Shown here: positions 6,955 through 13,823 of the stretch, one piece after another
How the letters are laid out: each line of letters opens with the position of its first letter
Position numbering within the stretch: the first letter of the stretch is position 1
From: an uncultured Deinococcales bacterium
Lineage (GTDB): Bacteria; Deinococcota; Deinococci; Deinococcales; JAAFIG01
NCBI GenBank assembly: GCA_964247135.1
Contig: CAXTTL010000093.1
Location: 1 to 17,233 of the forward strand
Direction: 5' to 3'
DNA: 17,233 nucleotides
The notes under the pieces: model-generated
The model's database searches: none
Told to the model about the DNA's origin: nothing
What the model saw: only the letters and a program-made list of their open reading frames with translations
Program-made: the position numbers and the translations under genes

Positions 6955-8514
6955 TTAACTACGTACTGGACGTATAACAGCAGGGAGCATGTCAGGTTCG
7001 CCGTCCCAATTGACCAGGATTGGTGGAAGCCAGTGGAGCACTGCCTCACGCACTTGGGTATCTCGAGGTCCACGGTAGAAATGATGGTAATGTGCTCGCC
7101 TCACGTGGGGGATGACCGTGTGACCACTTGAGGCTTTAAGCCCATTAGCACCTGGGTCATCAAGGTTTTCTTTGGCTTTTCGCAGGGCTGCACCGAAACG
7201 GAATCCTGTGTACCAGGTTGTCGGTTCTGCGGGTGGTTTATCATGGCGAATTGGGGACTTTGGTGTTGGTGTTTTACGGGTTAAGTCTGGTTTTTCGGTT
7301 CGCAAATACAACAACACCGAGACAAATTGCGCCAAATCCTCTAGCTCTTCGTCGGCAATTTTTTGCAAAAAATCGGGTTCAAACTCGTCGCCAAAGCGCT
7401 GTTCGTGTTCGACCAACGTCTCAAAAATGGTTTGTCCCAGCGGAAATGTGTTCGGTTCGAGTTTTGGTCCATATTCCCAGTCATCGATGTCAAGCAACAA
7501 ACAGATGTTGCGCTCATCGGTTTCGATGTTATGGTCAAGAAAGGCAAAAAATCCATGCAGGGGATTTCGACGCTGAGTTTCTGCGTATTGGTTTGGTGTC
7601 GCAACGTAGATACACCAGGCGGGTAAAGTGTTGAGGGTATCAATTGGAAGATTGTCTGTAACTTCAGTGTTGAGCAGTGCCTCGAGCAGCGTCTCGTCAA
7701 ATTCAAAAATGTACTTTGACCAGCGCCAGGCGGCAAGTCCAGCCAGGACTTCAGCGTGCATACCGACATACATTTGGTAGCCCTCGGGCGGTTGTTTGGG
7801 ATCAACTTTGCCCCATAGGAATTCGCCGCCTGCGGCGCTTGGTACAAAACAAGATTCGTGCCACAGCGGGAGTGATTCGCCCCGCTCTGCTCTCACCTCA
7901 TCAAAGAATGTCCAGACATCCGAATACGCCGCACTCCATTGACGAAAGTGCGCCAAAGCGCGTGGGGTGTTGTTTAGAAATGCTTTTGGCACTGCTCGTT
8001 TGATGCGCAACACTCGACGCGGGATCGTTTCTGCTGTTGGTGCAGTGCGCAACGAACCGCGTTTGGCTGCGACTTGCAAGTGAATCAAAACCATCGGCAC
8101 TTTAAGGGTCCAGAGAAAAAGAGGATGATCATGCTGAATGTCACGTCCGTACAACAGTTTGCGCGGTTCATCTCGACATATCAGTATCGTGATTCTGAGG
8201 CTTTGAGTCTCGTGACGAACCTCAATTTCGCAGCTTGCCCAATCTCTGTCTTTGTCTGGTGATTCAAAGGTTTGATTTAGTTCCATTGCTCTCAATTGTG
8301 ACTCGAGTTCAGGACTGGACGCCGCAAGCGGTTCGCAACGTATCAGACCATAATGGCGTTCGCTGTCATCTTCAATTTGAATGGCTCGAGGCTTGGACAA
8401 GAAATCAAACGCCAGTTCGCCCTTTGGAATTTCATCATCGATTTGCATGAAGGTAAATCGGTCCATCACAAATATCGCGTCTTGGAAAAATTGCGAGTCG
8501 ATATTGTCTGGCAT
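6955..8514 (-). CDS. AcrVA2/FinQ-family protein with N-terminal extension (copy 1, ~519 aa)
   Basis: C-terminal ~340 aa has AAWRWSKYIFEFDE, LPAWCIYV, HGFFAFLD, LLYL...PD, GFRFGAALR, PHVRRAHYHHFYRG (7081-7110) and HWLPPILVN, in the order I recall for Moraxella AcrVA2. ATG 8514 is preceded by AGGGGG. The ORF extends to a TTG at 8748. Confidence 0.75.
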   Translation of the reverse strand: MPDNIDSQFFQDAIFVMDRFTFMQIDDEIPKGELAFDFLSKPRAIQIEDDSERHYGLIRCEPLAASSPELESQLRAMELNQTFESPDKDRDWASCEIEVRHETQSLRITILICRDEPRKLLYGRDIQHDHPLFLWTLKVPMVLIHLQVAAKRGSLRTAPTAETIPRRVLRIKRAVPKAFLNNTPRALAHFRQWSAAYSDVWTFFDEVRAERGESLPLWHESCFVPSAAGGEFLWGKVDPKQPPEGYQMYVGMHAEVLAGLAAWRWSKYIFEFDETLLEALLNTEVTDNLPIDTLNTLPAWCIYVATPNQYAETQRRNPLHGFFAFLDHNIETDERNICLLLDIDDWEYGPKLEPNTFPLGQTIFETLVEHEQRFGDEFEPDFLQKIADEELEDLAQFVSVLLYLRTEKPDLTRKTPTPKSPIRHDKPPAEPTTWYTGFRFGAALRKAKENLDDPGANGLKASSGHTVIPHVRRAHYHHFYRGPRDTQVREAVLHWLPPILVNWDGEPDMLPAVIRPVRS

Positions 8515-8578
8515 CCTGAACCCCCTGTTTGTCTCGAAGAATACGAAAGTTGATTCGGTTGTAAGTCTGTTAGGTGTA

Positions 8579-8587
8579 AGTTTACCA
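8579..8587 (-). promoter_or_regulatory. Possible extended -10 promoter for AcrVA2-like copy 1
   Basis: TGGTAAACT (TGn + TAAACT) on the minus strand, ~65 nt upstream of ATG 8514. Confidence 0.35.
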
Positions 8588-8829
8588 TCCGACACCACGA
8601 CAAGATCGATTTTTGCGACGAAGGACGATGTTGATGCAATCCATGAGGGGAATAGTTTTGTCTGGTGTGGGACGTATGAATTCTGCGAAACGCGTGCATA
8701 AGTGGTTGAAAACGTCCTAAATGCAGAATTCGTTTCTACTGTAGCCAATTCAAGTCTGGCGCTCCCACTTTCTGGGCCAAGCTTTGAAGTCGGTGCCAGC
8801 CGTTTGGCAATGAGTTTTGAATTTCAATA

Positions 8830-8866
8830 TTGCATAGATGTTACATTTAATGTACAATCTATGCAA
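8830..8866. promoter_or_regulatory. 37-bp inverted repeat operator overlapping the abiE promoter
   Basis: TTGCATAGATGTTACATT-T-AATGTACAATCTATGCAA, arms 16/18 identical. Contains + strand TTGCAT(8830-35)-N17-TACAAT(8853-58). AbiEi antitoxins are known to autorepress through promoter inverted repeats. Confidence 0.85.
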
Positions 8867-9481
8867 ATGAAGGCTCGAGAAACCAATAACACAACCAAAA
8901 CCCGAGCCGCCGAATTGTTCCAAGTTGCCGATCGGCAGGGCGGCTATTTCAGTGCAGGTCAAGCGCTTGCCCTCGGCTATTCGCGGCGTTTGCATCATTA
9001 CCATCGGCAGCAAGGTCACTGGCTCGAGGTGAATCGCGGTCTGTTCAGACTGCGCGATTATCCCGTCACGCCAGACGAAGAATTGGTGAAATTAAGCCTC
9101 TGGAGTCGTGATCTCAAAGGTCAACCGCAAGCGGTGATTTCACATGAAACGGCTTTAAGACTTTATGACTTAAGCGATTTGATGCCTTCAAAGATTCACC
9201 TGAGCGTCCCCAAGAACTTTAGGAAAACACCACCAGAAGGGGTTGTCTTGCATAAAACTGCTGTCGAGCCAAACGATGTCGAAGCTCGATCTGGATTTCG
9301 AGTCACCTCACCGATGCGAACCTTGATTGATGTCGCCGATATGCACATCAGTCCCGAACACCTTAAAACAGCCACCCAGCAAGCCCTTGAACGTGGTTTG
9401 GTGCGGCGCAAACGACTCGAGGCTGCCATAACCAAGTTCGGTACTTCGAACCGCCTTGAGCGGGTTTTGAGGAGCTTATGA
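8867..9481 (+). CDS. abiEi: Type IV toxin-antitoxin antitoxin AbiEi (wHTH transcriptional regulator)
   Basis: ADRQGGYFSAGQALALG...W..V.RGLFRL wHTH, VISHETAL..YDLSD..P..IHLSVP, VTSP.RTLID. Start placed at ATG 8867, just after the -10. ATGA overlap with abiEii. Confidence 0.9.
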   Translation: MKARETNNTTKTRAAELFQVADRQGGYFSAGQALALGYSRRLHHYHRQQGHWLEVNRGLFRLRDYPVTPDEELVKLSLWSRDLKGQPQAVISHETALRLYDLSDLMPSKIHLSVPKNFRKTPPEGVVLHKTAVEPNDVEARSGFRVTSPMRTLIDVADMHISPEHLKTATQQALERGLVRRKRLEAAITKFGTSNRLERVLRSL

Positions 9482-10323
9482 AATACAACACGGCTGGGGC
9501 GTTTCGCCAAGCGATTGATGCCAGATTGACCCGCCAAGCCAGCGAAGAGGGCATTGATCGGGTTCGTTTACAACGACGGCTCGCGTTTGAACGTTTTTTG
9601 GCCCGACTGTTTCATCATCACACCGACCGATGGGTGCTCAAAGGCGGATATGCGCTCGAGTTGCGACTCGGAGGACGGGCGAGAGCCACCAAGGACATGG
9701 ATTTTAACGCGCCATCAGGATCGGCTGAGGAATTGCTTGAGGAGTTGCGAGACGTGAGCGAGCTTGACTTGGGCGATTTCTTTCGCTTTTCAATCCTCAA
9801 ACCACCGCGAGGTGAGTTGCTTGGTCCACCCGAAGGTGGACACCGTTTTCGGGTCGAGACACGCCTTGACAGCACCCGCGTTTATGCGACTTTTTTAATT
9901 GATGTTGGACAAGGGGACGTGTTGTACAATCCTGTCGAAAACATCCCTGCTCGAGTGAACCTCGAGTTTGCGGAACTGGCTACGCCACCATTCCCGAGTT
10001 ATCCCTTACCTGAGCATTTTGCCGAAAAATTTCATGCCTATACCAGACCGCGCAGTGAGCGAACCCGAGTCAAAGACCTGGTCGATTTAACACTGATCAT
10101 CGAAGACCTTGAGTTGAAACCCAGCCCTGCCCTGGCGATGGTGATTGAAATGGTGTTTGAACGCTACAACACTCACCCATTGCCAAAAGCAAATCAGGTT
10201 GATCCGCCTCCTGAGTCTTGGCGTGAACCATACCGTGTGACGGCGGAGGAACTGGGATTGGGCACGACTGATGTTGTAAAAGCCTTAGAGCGGGTTCAAA
10301 GCTTTTTGACTCAATGCTGGTGA
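9478..10323 (+). CDS. abiEii: Type IV TA toxin AbiEii (nucleotidyltransferase, AbiEii/AbiGii family)
   Basis: ERFLARL, WVLKGGYALELR...RATKDMDF (GG...DxD), AEKFHA, RVKDLVDL. Confidence 0.92.
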   Translation: MKYNTAGAFRQAIDARLTRQASEEGIDRVRLQRRLAFERFLARLFHHHTDRWVLKGGYALELRLGGRARATKDMDFNAPSGSAEELLEELRDVSELDLGDFFRFSILKPPRGELLGPPEGGHRFRVETRLDSTRVYATFLIDVGQGDVLYNPVENIPARVNLEFAELATPPFPSYPLPEHFAEKFHAYTRPRSERTRVKDLVDLTLIIEDLELKPSPALAMVIEMVFERYNTHPLPKANQVDPPPESWREPYRVTAEELGLGTTDVVKALERVQSFLTQCW

Positions 10324-10373
10324 TCGTTTGTGCATTAAGCTTGAACGGTCAAAGCCAGTAAAAGGAGGCTTAA

Positions 10374-12239
10374 ATGAATAAGGTCAATCTTTTTTTTGAC
10401 GCAGCACTCACCAAACACGCCCCAGACGTGCCATTCGAGATGTTGCAAGAGGAGACATTGGTGCTCATTGCCGATGAGACGCTAATTCCTTTGGCTGAGA
10501 AAAAAGCGACCACCACGCGGTTTCCTGAACTCCCAACGGTCTTTTTTGATTATGACTTTGTTTGGATTGAGTTCCGTAAATCGTTTGCTGAACACGAACG
10601 TCAACGCCTTTTGCCTGGAATGTCTGGTGGCACTGGCGTCATGGGACAATATTATGACCTCGAGAACCTTGCCCTGCGAGAGACTTTAGAGCAATCCTGG
10701 CGACAACGTTACAGAATACCGGGTATTCCAAATCAAGCGACTGATGCGTTGGTTTTCAAAGTCTTTGGTGAAAAAAGACTTCAAGACAAAACCTTTGATC
10801 CGGCTGGAGCAGAATTCGGCGTTGGGCTTTTGCTTTTTGACGCGGAAGGTGAACCCTTCGGTGATGGATATTTCGGTGTGATTCCACCGCCTGAAAGTGA
10901 AATTGACCGTCAAAGTTTTTTGCGATCACGCCCAATGATGGGTGATTTTGTGATTCAAAGGGTGCAGTATTTTATCGCCATGCTTGAGCTTTTGGATAAC
11001 AACCACCTGAGCTTTGAAGAGGTTCTCGAATCCTCTCGAGGAACACCTTATTTTCACTTGTTGCCGACAGAATCTCAAAAGAAGTACGTTGAATACAGCG
11101 AGAAGATTGCAGGTCTATCGAAAACCAAAGTTGAACTTGGTCACGAAACCAACCTGCTGCCAGGTGAGATTCCTCGAGCACTTGGACACTTTCGCCGTGC
11201 GAGCACACTGTTCTCAACCATTTGGAGCAAAGCCCAAACTCTACGGAACGAATACAGCGCTAAATTTCCAGAGTTGGCTCGGGTTGTGTTTTTGCCAGCC
11301 GACTCTGGAATCAATTTGTTGCAACAATTGCGCTCAGTACCCAAATACGGCGATACCTTGCGCCTACCAACTCAGGATGAGAGACTAACGAATTCGTTGT
11401 CGCTGAGGGGCACACCTTGGCTTCGACGAGCCGACAAGGTTGATATTGAGGTTCAGGATGAGGCGGCAGCCTTGGTTGGACTGGCGGCGTGGCGATGGAC
11501 CAAAGGTATCTACCGCTTTGATGAAACCTTGGCGCTCGAGCTGCAAAAAACCGAAATTCGTGGGCAGCTACCGATCCAACTCATGGAACGTCTGCCCGAT
11601 TACTGCGTGTACATCGAAACGCCAAACATGGTTTTTGAAGAGATACCGCTGCACGGATTTTTTGCCTATCTCGATATTGACACCAGCGGTCAACGTTGGG
11701 TTGTGTTCTTGCTGGATACCAACCTGAATATGTACGGCGACATTCTCAAACCACGCTTTGTTCCACTCGGAGTCACCATCGAGGAGGGTGCATTTCTCGA
11801 GCCAGACCTTGATTTCTTGCCACTCGAGGTCAACGCGGTCGCAGAACTTTCACCATTGATTTCAATGCTGATGTACCTGACCAGCGACCAGCCCGATGTT
11901 TTAGAACTAAATCCGATTCCAGTCTCAAAGACCGCTTCAAACCTTGAGAAACCCAAAAGCGAACCTCGAGTTTGGGAGGTGGGCGTGCGTTTTGGGGCGG
12001 CGCTGCGTGGCGGGCTAGAAACACCAACGGCTGAAAATACTTCTGGATTGAGCGGCGTTCACGAACCGATCCGCCCGCACATGCGTCGGGCGCACTGGCA
12101 CGGGGTTTGGACTGGACCTCGTTCCGATCTGAGCAAACGCCAGCTTTCGCTGCGATGGTTTCCACCGATCCCAGTCAATTGGAATCCTGATGCTGAGGAT
12201 GATCAAATGCCAGCCGTGATCCATCAGGTCAACGATTGA
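10374..12239 (+). CDS. AcrVA2/FinQ-family protein with N-terminal extension (copy 2, 621 aa)
   Basis: RBS AAGGAGG. From aa ~266: PRALGHFR, AAWRWTKGIYRFDE, LPDYCVYIE, HGFFAYLD, MLMYL...PD, WEVGVRFGAALR, PHMRRAHWHGVWTG (12075-12101), RWFPPIPVN. Clearly paralogous to 6955..8514. Confidence 0.8.
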   Translation: MNKVNLFFDAALTKHAPDVPFEMLQEETLVLIADETLIPLAEKKATTTRFPELPTVFFDYDFVWIEFRKSFAEHERQRLLPGMSGGTGVMGQYYDLENLALRETLEQSWRQRYRIPGIPNQATDALVFKVFGEKRLQDKTFDPAGAEFGVGLLLFDAEGEPFGDGYFGVIPPPESEIDRQSFLRSRPMMGDFVIQRVQYFIAMLELLDNNHLSFEEVLESSRGTPYFHLLPTESQKKYVEYSEKIAGLSKTKVELGHETNLLPGEIPRALGHFRRASTLFSTIWSKAQTLRNEYSAKFPELARVVFLPADSGINLLQQLRSVPKYGDTLRLPTQDERLTNSLSLRGTPWLRRADKVDIEVQDEAAALVGLAAWRWTKGIYRFDETLALELQKTEIRGQLPIQLMERLPDYCVYIETPNMVFEEIPLHGFFAYLDIDTSGQRWVVFLLDTNLNMYGDILKPRFVPLGVTIEEGAFLEPDLDFLPLEVNAVAELSPLISMLMYLTSDQPDVLELNPIPVSKTASNLEKPKSEPRVWEVGVRFGAALRGGLETPTAENTSGLSGVHEPIRPHMRRAHWHGVWTGPRSDLSKRQLSLRWFPPIPVNWNPDAEDDQMPAVIHQVND

Positions 12240-12240
12240 A

Positions 12241-13095
12241 TCAGGGTCGAATTCGACGACCAAGTTTGCTGGCAGCGATTCGGCGATTGATCTTCGCCGC
12301 CCCGATTTGGACGAATTCGGCAACAAGCTGATGTAGTTTCGAGGATGTAATTTCAGCTCGAGCGGCGCATTGTACACAGTAACCAACGGCGCGAATTTCG
12401 AGTCTGACGTGCTCAAATGCCTCGATTGAATTTTGGGTGTTTTGAAGCTCGAGCCACCAGCCATGCAATGGGGTTTGCTGAAATTCTCGTTCGAAGAGTT
12501 TCCAAAGCAGTTCGAGCAACTTGTGATCCAGGTCTTCAAAATTTATGGCACTGATGGCTTCGGTTTGCGTTTGGAGCACGGCTGGGGCATTGGTGAATGA
12601 CTTTTCGGGCACTACGGAGTTTGCGGTTGGCGCAATCGCTATAAACGTGGTTTTGTTGGTTGACGGCACGGCTTTCCAAACCCGTACCGATGACGGTTTG
12701 CTTGGGCGTTTTTGGCGTTTGCGCTTGGTTACGCGCACCACTTGTGGCGGCGGATCAGGATGGTCTTGCAGCTCGGCTATGTTGAGAAGTTGAGCTTTGA
12801 GTTTTTGCTGGGCGATAAGAAGTTTGTCGCGCTGTCGGTAAATTTGATTGAGGTAACGAAAGCATTTGAGTGCCTTGTCCAGATCGCTGACCTCAAGGTA
12901 CGCATCGATTTTTTGGATGTGCCGATCTATTGAGGTTGTTAGCTGCTGCTCTGCACGGTTAAAAACCTCAATTTTGTCGGAGGCGCGTTCAAGATCAGCG
13001 ATGTATTCAATACTTTTTGCATGGAGGTCAGGGTCGTTGACGACATGCCCAATCAAATTAACCTTAAGCCGGCTCGAGATTTGGAGATGACCCAT
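12241..13095 (-). CDS. Hypothetical protein (~284 aa; helical N-terminal region, basic/low-complexity linker, C-terminal domain)
   Basis: Long ORF (extends to 13224). ATG 13095 has AGGAG 7 nt upstream. Converges on copy 2 with a 1-nt gap. Confidence 0.6.
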   Translation of the reverse strand: MGHLQISSRLKVNLIGHVVNDPDLHAKSIEYIADLERASDKIEVFNRAEQQLTTSIDRHIQKIDAYLEVSDLDKALKCFRYLNQIYRQRDKLLIAQQKLKAQLLNIAELQDHPDPPPQVVRVTKRKRQKRPSKPSSVRVWKAVPSTNKTTFIAIAPTANSVVPEKSFTNAPAVLQTQTEAISAINFEDLDHKLLELLWKLFEREFQQTPLHGWWLELQNTQNSIEAFEHVRLEIRAVGYCVQCAARAEITSSKLHQLVAEFVQIGAAKINRRIAASKLGRRIRP

Positions 13096-13153
13096 CGAAA
13101 GACTCCTGACCAGCAAACTCTGAAATGGTATTTTGAAGTTGTTTTGCGGTCTG

Positions 13154-13182
13154 ATTCTACAACATTGGGCAATTTGTGACAC
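13154..13182 (-). promoter_or_regulatory. Putative sigma70 promoter for the 12241..13095 gene
   Basis: Minus strand GTGTCA-N17-TAGAAT. Confidence 0.45.
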
Positions 13183-13334
13183 GTTTTCAAGGGGTGGTGC
13201 GTTTTGTGTCATACTTGATGGCAAATGTAAAAGCCCGTGGCAATATTTGTGTTTTGGTTACTCACGATGCGTAATTTTGTTGCTTTAAACCATGGATTTT
13301 GATTGCCCGCGTCTTTTGAGAATATGGGGTTGGT

Positions 13335-13478
13335 ATGAATTGGAAACGCTTGACGGTGTTGTCGATTTCGCTGGTTTTGAGCTTGGCATTGGCTCAGGTG
13401 TCAACCACAGGGGTGCAACTCCGTTTTACGACGATGTTTTTCCTGCGATGTACAGGTGATTGTTGCCATACCACTTAG
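13335..13478 (+). pseudogene. Probable truncated remnant of a secreted protein (47-aa ORF)
   Basis: MNWKRLTVLSISLVLSLALA|QVSTTGVQLRF... is a clean Sec signal peptide followed by only ~27 residues before a stop. Confidence 0.35.
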
Positions 13479-13568
13479 TTTTATGCACGCTTCATCAGAT
13501 GTTTCAAGGTTGTTTAAAGCTCACCGACCAAAGAGTCCAACTTCTTAAAGTCCATGCTAGCCTAAACC

Positions 13569-13823
13569 ATGCAAGTGGTGATCGATGACTTTGAGAACCA
13601 AGTCGCTCGGCTCGAGACAGCCGAACTCGAACAACTTATCATCCCTCGAGCCTGGCTGCCCAGTGACGCCCGCCCTGGCGATCACCTCCAAATCGATGCC
13701 GACCAAGCGGGTTTGATCCAAATCACCATCGATCACCAGGCGACCCAGGCTGCGTTCGAGGCGGCTCGAGAGAGCCTCGAGTCACTCACCGCGAGCGACG
13801 ATGGAAAGGACCTACAACTGTGA
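13569..13823 (+). CDS. DUF3006 family protein
   Basis: VIDDFENQVARLE...IPRAWLPSDARPGDHL.I pattern. GTGA overlap with the MBL hydrolase, a common partner. TG-c-TAGCCT-N5-ATG suggests a leaderless start. Confidence 0.8.
   Translation: MQVVIDDFENQVARLETAELEQLIIPRAWLPSDARPGDHLQIDADQAGLIQITIDHQATQAAFEAARESLESLTASDDGKDLQL

Noticed and set aside
6959-6975. RDRM-like palindrome CTACGTACTGGACGTAT
   Set aside because: Lies in the last codons of a CDS in a convergent region with no credible downstream gene; probably chance.
8681-8697. RDRM-like TTCTGCGAAACGCGTGC upstream of AcrVA2-like copy 1
   Set aside because: Right end mismatched and not overlapping a recognisable promoter; a degenerate motif can match by chance.
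8515-8866. Longer starts from the ORF track (TTG 8748 on -, GTG 8702 on +)
   Set aside because: They overlap each other and run through promoter/operator DNA. Better-supported starts are 8514 (SD) and 8867 (just after the -10).
10321-10351. Hairpin TGATCGTT...AACGGTCA after abiEii as a terminator
   Set aside because: Weak stem, long loop, no U-tract.
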